A DNA stretch of 52,870 nt from a virus (lineage: Duplodnaviria; Caudoviricetes). This document shows positions 1 to 7,448 of the stretch, piece after piece. Location: positions 1 through 52,870 of IMG/VR virus record IMGVR_UViG_3300044941_000088; one strand, 5' to 3'. Numbering within the stretch: the first letter of the stretch is position 1; each line of letters starts with the position of its first letter. A program made the translations under genes and the position numbers. The notes beneath the pieces were generated by a model. It saw only the letters and a list, made by a program, of their open reading frames with translations. It was not told the DNA's origin and ran no database searches.

Positions 1-163
1 CCGAAAGGCTGACGCCTTTGTGTTTGCCGCCCGTGTGCCAGCGCCACAGACGGCGGCTGTCTGTCAGCGTTACCTGCCGCCCCTCGTGCGCAGCGACTGT
101 CCCGTAGTGAACACCAGACGCATAGCAGCGGATGATGCATTTTTGACCGATAATTTCGATCAT
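1..163 (-). CDS. DUF6948-like small phage protein (probable Sm/SH3-like beta-barrel), truncated by window start
   Basis: Not in ORF track. Manual translation from ATG at 163 (AAGGAG RBS at 171-176): MIEIIGQKCIIRCYASGVHYGTVAAHEGRQVTLTDSRRLWRWHTGGKHKGVSLS. The IIR-x-Y-x-SGVHxG...RRLWxW...SLS pattern matches my recollection of DUF6948. Confidence 0.7.
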   Translation of the reverse strand, partial: MIEIIGQKCIIRCYASGVHYGTVAAHEGRQVTLTDSRRLWRWHTGGKHKGVSLS

Positions 164-211
164 TTCGTTTCTCCTTGTGAGTGTGTCAGTTTGCGTGTGC
201 GCCCTTGTGGG

Positions 212-265
212 GGCGTAGGCGTGGGCGTTGGCGGAGGCGATGGCGGTGGCGATGGCGATGGAAAC
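212..265 (-). repeat. 6-nt periodic array A: 8 x GGCGNN (+ strand) = (NN-CGCC)8 on the gene strand
   Basis: ggcgta ggcgtg ggcgtt ggcgga ggcgat ggcggt ggcgat ggcgat ggaaac. It begins immediately after the RAMP stop codon. Confidence 0.9.
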
Positions 266-891
266 CTATTCTGCGGCGAGGGCCACGGGCCTGACTGCGG
301 CCCTTGCCAGCCGGAACCGGCCCTTGCCCATTTTGCGGCTGGCCCCGATCCCGACGAACTCGCCAGCCCATTCGATCAGCCGGATCAACGTTTTCGGATC
401 GACAGTCTGCTCGTCAAAGCGCAGGGCGCCGGTGGCCTCGAAGTCCGCAATGTAGGGGTTTTCGCGCAGCCCGCGCTGGTTCGACGCCTTCGCGCCGTTG
501 CCGAGGTTGACCTGCGCGAACCGCTCCCAAATACCGTCGGCCTGGTATTTTCCGGTGCGAAAATCGGTGGCCGTGATGCGCGGTTGGCGGCGCGCGCCTC
601 GCTGTTGGCCGCCACGAGGAACGACAGGATGCGGTCGGCGGGGATGATGATCTCGCCGTCGGGCGCAAAGTGGAACGGGCGGCGCGACAGCTGCTCCAAG
701 CGCTCGAAATAGGCCAGCGTCATGTTGTTGGCGCGCAGGTATTCCTCAAGCGACTTGCGCCGGTTGGCATCGGACTTGGCGCGGTTCATGCCGGACTTCT
801 TGGTGATCTCGATCACCTTGTTCACCTCGGTCCAGTAGGGGTGGCCGACGTAGGGCGTGGTGAATGCAAGGGGGAGGTCGAGCGTGAGCAT
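266..891 (-). pseudogene. Cas7-group RAMP-superfamily protein (~208 aa), interrupted by a frameshift near 575-600 in the sequence as given
   Basis: ATG 891 with GGAG RBS. N-part: MLTLDLPLAFTTPYVG...FHFAPDGEIIIPADRILSFL (RAMP beta1/TP and IPxxxI motifs). C-part in another frame: RITATDFRTGK...LRENPYIADFEATGALRF...LIEWAGEFVGIGASRKMGKGRF...LAAE-TAG(266-268), which contains the RAMP G-rich loop GxGxxRxxGxGxF. Span is 626 nt (3n+2). Confidence 0.8.
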
Positions 892-916
892 GGTCGTATC
901 TCCGGTTCTGTGGTCA

Positions 917-1096
917 GGCGATGACGTAATCGATGACGTAGGCGTGGACGCAAGCGGTGGCGTAGGCGACGGCGACGGCAACGGTGTCGGCGTAAGCGAC
1001 GGCGTTGGCCAAGGCGAAGGCGGTGGCGAAGGCCATGGCAAACTCGCAGGCGAGGGCGCGGGCGTCGGCAGGGGCGACGGAAACCTTGATGGCGGG
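917..1096 (-). repeat. 6-nt periodic array B: ~27 GGCGNN-type units, partly degenerate
   Basis: Uninterrupted 6-nt register from 917 to 1078 (ggcgat gacgta ... ggcgtc ggcagg ggcgac), then GGAAACCT (1079-1086), the same motif that caps array A (260-267). Confidence 0.9.
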
Positions 1097-1129
1097 CATG
1101 GGGCGAGGTCCGTGACTGATGGGCAGGAA

Positions 1130-1237
1130 GGCGATGGCGAAGGCGCGGGCGTCGGCGAAGGCGATGGCGCGGGCGCGGGCGGAGGCGCAGGCGTTGGCGA
1201 CGGCGGCGGCGGGGGCGGGGGCGTTGGCGGTGGTGAT
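1130..1237 (-). repeat. 6-nt periodic array C: 17 consecutive perfect GGCGNN units
   Basis: ggcgat ggcgaa ggcgcg ggcgtc ggcgaa ggcgat ggcgcg ggcgcg ggcgga ggcgca ggcgtt ggcgac ggcggc ggcggg ggcggg ggcgtt ggcggt (1130-1231), then ggtgat. Confidence 0.92.
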
Positions 1238-1464
1238 CGTAGTCATGTCAGATTTTTTTTTTGTGTAGACCTCAGTTCCTGCCAAAGCGGGTCATTGTGA
1301 GAGTTTCTTCCGGCCCCGCCATTTGTATTGTATGAATACGCCGCCGTCTGGATTTCGAGCGATCATTACTCGACACACCACGCAACTGGGGTTAGCTTCT
1401 TGCCAAGCTAGCGCGGCTGTTTTCGCTTCGGCCAATGTTGGCGCGTTGAACGTTTGGGTGTGGA

Positions 1465-1707
1465 TCATTCGATCCTCCAGATGCGAGTGCCTTTGACGTT
1501 GTTACCGTTCTCGTCAGTTTCCACCACAGAGCGCGTCGCAAACTTGAAACCCGTCTTTTTGGCGGCGTTCGTGACGGCACCAGATAGTGACGATTGCGGT
1601 AGCGCAACGAAGAAGGAGCCGCCCACTGGCATATCTCGCCACGGATAACGGGTTTGATAAAGGTGGGCTTTGGGCACCAGCGGGATGTCGGTGTCGATTT
1701 TGAACAT
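1465..1707 (-). CDS. Small putative DNA-binding phage protein (YPW/F-xx-M-xx-G-xx-F ... RIWR family)
   Basis: MFKIDTDIPL...RYPWRDMPVGGSFFV...GTRIWRIE. Same motif set as the gene at 36383-36637. Confidence 0.7.
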   Translation of the reverse strand: MFKIDTDIPLVPKAHLYQTRYPWRDMPVGGSFFVALPQSSLSGAVTNAAKKTGFKFATRSVVETDENGNNVKGTRIWRIE

Positions 1708-1750
1708 GCTAGGTCTCGTTCGTAGTGATGCAGTCTTTGGCGTCGTGTAA

Positions 1751-1794
1751 CTTACCACGGCGTCATGGTAAGCCATCGTGGCGCTCGTTGTCAA
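1751..1794 (-). promoter_or_regulatory. Sigma70-like promoter with overlapping inverted repeat
   Basis: Minus strand TTGACA (1794-1789), 18 nt, TACCAT (1770-1765). The -10 lies inside the inverted repeat CTTACCA-N8-TGGTAAG (1751-1772). Confidence 0.55.
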
Positions 1795-1812
1795 CAACAA
1801 ATGCGGGGGCGC

Positions 1813-1844
1813 ATACAAGCGCTCTGTGACGAGGGCGCTTGTAT
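1813..1844 (-). terminator. Stem-loop just after terminase stop
   Basis: ATACAAGCGCTCT-GTGACG-AGGGCGCTTGTAT near-perfect inverted repeat; no clear U tract. Confidence 0.45.
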
Positions 1845-1851
1845 AATCGTG

Positions 1852-3237
1852 TCACGTCCACGCAGCCGGAGACGGCGCAGGACGGCGCCTGACGCTTGAT
1901 CCAGATGACTTCAAACGTCTGGCTACAAAGTGGCTTTGGTGCCCAAGCGCGGCATATTGCAGCGCGTCGTGTGGATGTGAGAAGCGGTTCTTGTCTGGCA
2001 ATGGCGCTATGTCGCCGGTTTTGAGCCGACGATACTTGTAGCCCCGCTCAAACCCCTCGAACAGCACGGGACACTGGCTTCTGGAAAGCAGCAAGCCGCC
2101 GCCGCGAGACGTTCGCTGGATGAGGCGCCGCTCGACTGCCTGTAAGCGCCGGTGGAGGTCGTTGGTCGGAGCCGGTATGGCGCTGAACCCACGGCGTTCA
2201 AGAACAGCGAAGGCCGAGTCCTCGTTGTAGCCGGACCGGGCCGCGCCAGCTGGGTCGCCGACTACGAAAATCCTGTATGTAGGGTAGGTGTCGCGCACAT
2301 AGGGCACAAAATCTTCAAGAAACCGTTCCAGCCCCATGTCTTCGCGGACGAACTCGTCTAGGACGAGCAGCCTGCCGTAGATGTCGTCCTGTGTGATGAC
2401 GGCAGCCGGGTTTCGCCCGAAGTCCATGCCTACAAGCAGCGGCAAAACCGGGTTCGGTTCGATCGTAGAGGCGGAATGGACCTCGGCATCCCAACTGTGC
2501 TGATAGACTGCCTTGCCGCTGAGGTCGTCGCCCCACTGTCCGTGGACGTGGACCTTTACCCACTCCTCGGAGCGCCCTTCAGTCAGTCGGGCGTAGTAGT
2601 CTGGGTCTAGGTATTGCAGGTTCTCGGCGTCTTGGTCCAGACCGCCTGGCTGCTTGAACAGTTCCCATCCTGCTGGCGGGTTCAGCACAAAGTGTTCGTG
2701 ATATTCTGATGCGACAGACCACGGGTTGCTGACCAGGATCAGTCCTCGCCACGTCCGCTTGACTCGGATGGGCGGCGGAAAGCGCCCAATACGCCCGTCG
2801 AGTGCCGCGATGATCTGGTATGGGACTTCGCGGCACTCGTCGACCAGAGCGCCCGTGAGGTTGAGCGAGAGCAGCTTTTTCTGGTCTTCGGGGCGGTCGA
2901 GCGGGACGGCCAGCCAGTCGGATTCGATCCTGGTCCCGTCGGCCATCTTGAACCTGAACTCAAGCGTGCTGGTGCTGACTTTGTAGTCGAAAAAGGCTCC
3001 GAAATACTGTGCAGCGTCCTTGAGCAAAGTCTCCCGAAGCTGCGCCGCAGTGTTGCGCACAAGCGCCATACGAGTGGGCCTGGTGCCGTTCTTGTCTGGC
3101 TCTTGCTCGACTGACCGGCGGAAAAGCTCCATCAGCGCACCCATGGACTTGCCAGACCCGAGCGGGCCAACCAGCGCCCTGATCCTCGCGTTGGACTGCA
3201 TGAACTCGGCGATGGTCTTTGATGCGGTGTATTCCAT
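1852..3237 (-). CDS. terL: Terminase large subunit
   Basis: Walker A GPLGSGKS, Walker B LVDE, coupling motif SNP, RNase H-like GMDFG and HPHDALQY. Confidence 0.93.
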   Translation of the reverse strand: MEYTASKTIAEFMQSNARIRALVGPLGSGKSMGALMELFRRSVEQEPDKNGTRPTRMALVRNTAAQLRETLLKDAAQYFGAFFDYKVSTSTLEFRFKMADGTRIESDWLAVPLDRPEDQKKLLSLNLTGALVDECREVPYQIIAALDGRIGRFPPPIRVKRTWRGLILVSNPWSVASEYHEHFVLNPPAGWELFKQPGGLDQDAENLQYLDPDYYARLTEGRSEEWVKVHVHGQWGDDLSGKAVYQHSWDAEVHSASTIEPNPVLPLLVGMDFGRNPAAVITQDDIYGRLLVLDEFVREDMGLERFLEDFVPYVRDTYPTYRIFVVGDPAGAARSGYNEDSAFAVLERRGFSAIPAPTNDLHRRLQAVERRLIQRTSRGGGLLLSRSQCPVLFEGFERGYKYRRLKTGDIAPLPDKNRFSHPHDALQYAALGHQSHFVARRLKSSGSSVRRRPAPSPAAWT

Positions 3238-3521
3238 TAGTGCATGGAAACCAGCAGTTCGATCTGATCCACGATTACTATTCCGAACCGCTCCCCGTCG
3301 CTGACAATCAAACAAACAAGATCATCAACGTTATCGAAGCTGATTTGGCGGACAACTTTTTTCTCGACAGTAATCGCTTCGACAACCGTAAAATCGTCAC
3401 TTTCTATTGGCAAATTGAACTCAGTCGCGGGGGCCGCGCCCAGCCATTCAGCAAGAAGAAAAAACTTCTCGGGGCCTTTGATGCCAAGGTTTCTCATCGT
3501 AGTCGTGCTGTATTTGGTCAT
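3237..3521 (-). CDS. Hypothetical protein in packaging operon
   Basis: 94-aa ORF whose stop and start overlap both neighbours (translational coupling). Confidence 0.6.
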   Translation of the reverse strand: MTKYSTTTMRNLGIKGPEKFFLLAEWLGAAPATEFNLPIESDDFTVVEAITVEKKVVRQISFDNVDDLVCLIVSDGERFGIVIVDQIELLVSMH

Positions 3522-3976
3522 GGCTCTTCCTGGGTAACGTCGATCAGCTCTTTTGAGCCTGACACTTCAAGGCTGCGCGGGCCGATGTTGATTGTGATGC
3601 TTGGCAAGCCAGCAGTAGTTTGGCTGGCCTGCGCTTGCTTGGCCATCCCAGCCACTTCGTGGAGCTGTTTCACCGCCCCTACTCGGGCCACTGCCGGGTT
3701 TTGCGGGTTTTCCACGATACCGAAAAGCGCAGGGATGGCGGCTTCGAGTGCCAGCTTGGCCTTGGTTGTGACACGCTCCTCTACCCGGTCGATGGACTGC
3801 CATTGCTTTCGCAGTTCCTCGACCTTGGCTACGAACTTGCGGTCACGGAGGAGCAGAACGGCTTCCGCGTGAGATACACCGTGTAACTCCCACACTTCGG
3901 ACGGTGACCTGAGTTCCATGGCCAAGTCCTGCGCGAGCGCTTCAATATCTACATGGGGCTGGTATGGCTGCGTCAT
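3518..3976 (-). CDS. Putative terminase small subunit
   Basis: MTQPYQPHVDIEALAQDLAMELRSP... helical ~150 aa with C-terminal ITINIG strand, upstream of terL. Confidence 0.6.
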   Translation of the reverse strand: MTQPYQPHVDIEALAQDLAMELRSPSEVWELHGVSHAEAVLLLRDRKFVAKVEELRKQWQSIDRVEERVTTKAKLALEAAIPALFGIVENPQNPAVARVGAVKQLHEVAGMAKQAQASQTTAGLPSITINIGPRSLEVSGSKELIDVTQEEP

Positions 3977-3992
3977 GCGTGCTAACCTCCGC

Positions 3993-6014
3993 ATGAAACC
4001 TAGCAGCGTGGTAACCGCCGTGCAAACAGTATTGCAGTTCCCCGGCGTCGTTGGCGAGGCGAGCGAGGGGGAGGGCGGCTCACTTCTTTCGGAGCCCAGC
4101 GAGCTTGTGAACATCATTCGCAAGCGTTGGGAGATGATGCGCAACCACCGCTCGTCTTCGGGGCTGGACGCGAAGCTGCTGACCGCGCAACGCATCTATC
4201 GAGGTGAATACAGCCCCGAACAGCTGGCCGAAATCAGGCGGATGGGCGGGTCGGATGTCTACGCCCGCATCATCGGCACGAAAGCGCGGGGTGCGACCAG
4301 CATCCTGCGAGACATCTATTTTTCAGCCGAGCGCCCTTGGGCGTTTTCTCCGACCGACGACCCCGTGTTGCCCGATGACGCGCTAGAGGTCGCCCAGCAG
4401 GTTGCAATTCAGGAAGCCCAAGCCGCAGCCGCTCAAGGGCAGCCTGTCGATCCAGCCGCTATCGAGTTCAGGGTTAGGGAGCTTTTGGACACGATCAAGA
4501 AGGGCCAGAAGGAGAAAGCCGAGCGCGAGGCGTTGGAAGCAACGCTGAAGGTGAACGACATCTTGCAGGAAGGCGGATTCTACACCGCCCTGTCAGAGGT
4601 CTTGACCGACATTCCGGTGTTTCCTTTCGTAGTTCTGAAAGGCCCGGTCGTCAGGATGGCAGATGTCATTCGTTATGAGCGCGGATCGCTTGTCAAAGTC
4701 AGGGTGCCGAAGCTGTTTTGGCAACGGGTCAGTCCGTTTGACATCTACTGGACACCGGGTGCGGCACGCATTCGTGACGCTGAAGTTTGCGAGCGCTTGC
4801 ACTGGACCCGTAGAGACCTGAACGAACTGATCGGCTTGCCGGGCTGGGACGAAGAAGCCGTTCGCGCTGCAATCCGCGACTACGACGAAGGTCTTGTAGA
4901 CTTCATGGACACGACCGACGAGGAGCGGGCGCACAGGGAGGGGCGCGAAAGTCCGAACACCAACAACTCCGGGCTTATCAGCGCGCTTGAGTTTCACGGC
5001 TATCTGCGAGGCGCGCATCTGCTCGACATCGGGTTCGATGAAGACCAGATAGACGATCCTGACCTGGACTACGCTGTCACTGCCTGGGTTTGTGGCAAAC
5101 ACCTGCTCAAGGTGGCTTTGAGCCCGTTGCTTCGGTATCGTCATCCCTACTTTGTCACTAGCATGGACAAGATTCCAGGCACACCAGTAGGTTTGGCGTT
5201 GCCTGACATGCTGGCAGACATCGAGCGGACTGCCTGCGCCGCGTTGCGCGCGTTGTCGAACAACATGGGCATCGCTTCTGGGCCTCAGGTAGCGGTCAAC
5301 GCTGATCGGCTTTCCGAAAGCGAAGACGCTACGGTGATGTATCCTTGGAAGGTCTGGTTTGCTCAAGGCGACCAGTTCGGCGGGCGCGCAGAGCCCCCGA
5401 TCGCGTTTTTCCAGCCGCAATCCAACGCTGGCGAGCTGTTGCAGGTTTACCAGCAGATGACGGTGCTGGCGGACGAGATTTCCGCCATTCCGCGTTACAT
5501 CACCGGCAGCGGGGCGACTGGCGGCGCCGGGCGGACCGCGAGCGGGCTGAACATGCTGATGCAGAACGCTTCGAAAGTTTTGCATCAGGTCGCGCACAAC
5601 ATCGACACCGACTTGCTGCTGGAAAGCCTGATGGCTCTGTATGACATGGTGATGACTGCCGACGCCGGTGTGCAGCTGCGCGGCGACGAGAACATCGTAG
5701 TGAAAGGCGTCACCAAGGTAATTGCCAAGGAAACCGAGCGTGTTCGACAGCTTGAGTTCCTATCGCTCACAAGCAACCCGATCGACATGCAGATCATCGG
5801 CCTCGGTGGCCGAGCTGAAATCCTTCGGGCTATTTCTGCTGATCTAAACCTGCCAGCCGGGGACATCGTGCCTTCGAAGGAAGAACTTGCGGCGATGGTG
5901 CAGAAGATGGCGGCGAACCCGCCCGAACAGAAGGGCGCGGAGCCCGGAGAAAAGCCTACCGAGAACCCCGTTGGTAACACGGTGCAACCCAACTTCAACA
6001 AGCGAGGTGCGTGA
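3993..6014 (+). CDS. Portal protein (start uncertain, 3975-3993 or later)
   Basis: ~670 aa. Motifs RVSPFDIYW, GIASGPQV, GRTASGLNMLM are typical of podophage portals; first gene of virion block. Confidence 0.85.
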   Translation: MKPSSVVTAVQTVLQFPGVVGEASEGEGGSLLSEPSELVNIIRKRWEMMRNHRSSSGLDAKLLTAQRIYRGEYSPEQLAEIRRMGGSDVYARIIGTKARGATSILRDIYFSAERPWAFSPTDDPVLPDDALEVAQQVAIQEAQAAAAQGQPVDPAAIEFRVRELLDTIKKGQKEKAEREALEATLKVNDILQEGGFYTALSEVLTDIPVFPFVVLKGPVVRMADVIRYERGSLVKVRVPKLFWQRVSPFDIYWTPGAARIRDAEVCERLHWTRRDLNELIGLPGWDEEAVRAAIRDYDEGLVDFMDTTDEERAHREGRESPNTNNSGLISALEFHGYLRGAHLLDIGFDEDQIDDPDLDYAVTAWVCGKHLLKVALSPLLRYRHPYFVTSMDKIPGTPVGLALPDMLADIERTACAALRALSNNMGIASGPQVAVNADRLSESEDATVMYPWKVWFAQGDQFGGRAEPPIAFFQPQSNAGELLQVYQQMTVLADEISAIPRYITGSGATGGAGRTASGLNMLMQNASKVLHQVAHNIDTDLLLESLMALYDMVMTADAGVQLRGDENIVVKGVTKVIAKETERVRQLEFLSLTSNPIDMQIIGLGGRAEILRAISADLNLPAGDIVPSKEELAAMVQKMAANPPEQKGAEPGEKPTENPVGNTVQPNFNKRGA

Positions 6015-6226
6015 TGCAAAAGTTTTACAGCTACTCGAAGTCCCCGGCTCACATGATGCCACGAACGGCCTCCAAGCCTGCCGAGAAGTCCGGCGACGCT
6101 CGCCCGCCCCATCAAAAGGCGCCCACCCTCATGTCGCGGACCGCAGCCGTTGGCAACAAAAAGGGGGGCAAAAGCGTTCTTCCGCCCCAGCAGAAGGCGC
6201 CCACCCTCATGTCGCGAAAGGCTTGA
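6011..6226 (+). CDS. Small basic hypothetical protein with internal duplication
   Basis: PPxQKAPTLMSR occurs twice; start overlaps portal stop. Confidence 0.5.
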   Translation: MMQKFYSYSKSPAHMMPRTASKPAEKSGDARPPHQKAPTLMSRTAAVGNKKGGKSVLPPQQKAPTLMSRKA

Positions 6227-6227
6227 T

Positions 6228-6422
6228 GTGAACCGGAAGGAGCTTGAAGCGGAGCTGCGCTCGCTTTCGGGCCATGAGGGTTACAGACGCCTTTTGGCCA
6301 AGCTGGACCGCTTTCGGGCCGAGGCTGACAGCGATGCAATCTTTGCCACGTCGCAATCGGATGTTGCGCGCGGGCGCGCTCGTGGTATAAGAGAACTGCT
6401 CGCCTTGATTACACCGGAGTAA
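6228..6422 (+). CDS. Small head-associated hypothetical protein
   Basis: GTG start; VNRKELEAELR...ARGRARGIRELLALI, in the usual portal-to-scaffold position. Confidence 0.55.
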   Translation: MNRKELEAELRSLSGHEGYRRLLAKLDRFRAEADSDAIFATSQSDVARGRARGIRELLALITPE

Positions 6423-6425
6423 CAC

Positions 6426-7436
6426 ATGGCCGTCCCTTTCGCGTTGCGCCGCCAGATCGAAGAAGCTGAACGTCTGCACGCAGAGGTGTATGGGGCTGAA
6501 AAAGACACTGCCGACCCGGCGCTGTCTTTTGAAAGTAACGCTGGCGGCGAGGTTCAGGAAGAAGACGGCGTTACTGACGCCGCTGGCCAAGCTGACGGTG
6601 TTTACGACGGCGGCCAACTCGCCGCCGATGGCGAATCTGACGCCCAGGTTGAGCAGGGCGAAGGCCGTGGAGACGAACTCAACCGCCTGCTTTACCAGAT
6701 TGACGCGCTTGAGCGGCGTGTCGCGTTGCTTGCCCAGCAGGTCGAACAGGTCAAGCAGGCGCGACTTGACCTCCCGAAGCCATCTATCGCGTTTGATTCC
6801 ATGCAGCTGGTTTCGGACGCGGACATCGACGACTATGGCGAGGACTTCGCTCGGCTTAGCGAGCGTATGCTCAAGCGCATGGGTCCGGCGCTCGTCGAGC
6901 ATGTTGTGAAGGCGCTTGGGGACCGCATGGCACCTGCGGTCGATGAGGTAGTAGGGGCGGCCCGCCGGGATGCCGCCATTGCCCGAGGGCAGCTTGTGTG
7001 GGCGCAGCTCAAAGCCGCCATTCCCAACGCCGCGCAGGTCAACGCCGACCCTGACTGGCTCAAGTGGCTGCAAGGCAAGGACCAGGTGAGCGGCATGGTT
7101 CGGCAGGAGATGCTGACCAGCGCCTACAACAACGGCGACGCAGATCGCGTCATTGCGATCATGCGTGCGTATCTCGACTCCAAGATTCCTCCCGGCAAGA
7201 AAAGCAAGCGCGACCTGGCCGACTTTGCCGGACCGCAACGCACTGTGGCGGCAGCTCCGAAGAACTCGGAAGCCAAGCAGGTGCTGACTTCTGAAATGAT
7301 CAGCCGCACATACGCAGATTTTCTGCGGCAGCGCCAGCGCACGCGCGACCCCGCAAAGCTCGCGCAAATCGACGCGGCTGAAAAGGCGTTTTCTGAGCGT
7401 GTGCAGAGGGCGCATGTCGACGGCCTGATCGCCTAG
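6426..7436 (+). CDS. Putative capsid scaffolding protein
   Basis: Acidic N-terminus plus coiled coil, located between portal and capsid genes. Confidence 0.65.
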   Translation: MAVPFALRRQIEEAERLHAEVYGAEKDTADPALSFESNAGGEVQEEDGVTDAAGQADGVYDGGQLAADGESDAQVEQGEGRGDELNRLLYQIDALERRVALLAQQVEQVKQARLDLPKPSIAFDSMQLVSDADIDDYGEDFARLSERMLKRMGPALVEHVVKALGDRMAPAVDEVVGAARRDAAIARGQLVWAQLKAAIPNAAQVNADPDWLKWLQGKDQVSGMVRQEMLTSAYNNGDADRVIAIMRAYLDSKIPPGKKSKRDLADFAGPQRTVAAAPKNSEAKQVLTSEMISRTYADFLRQRQRTRDPAKLAQIDAAEKAFSERVQRAHVDGLIA

Positions 7437-7448
7437 ACGGGTTAGAAC

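Noticed and set aside
953-1000. Decoded NN string GT TA AC AC AC TC TA AC resembles the dispersed palindrome
   Set aside because: Match needs indels and is short, so probably chance; test computationally before believing it
212-1237. CRISPR array call for the repeats near the RAMP
   Set aside because: No 23-47-nt repeats separated by unique spacers; the structure is a 6-nt periodic pattern
20-1300. Plus-strand Gly-rich ORFs 20-712 and 857-1300 (GDGDG/GVG repeats)
   Set aside because: Shadow frames of the GGCGNN arrays, antisense to the RAMP and DUF6948-like genes, with no RBS
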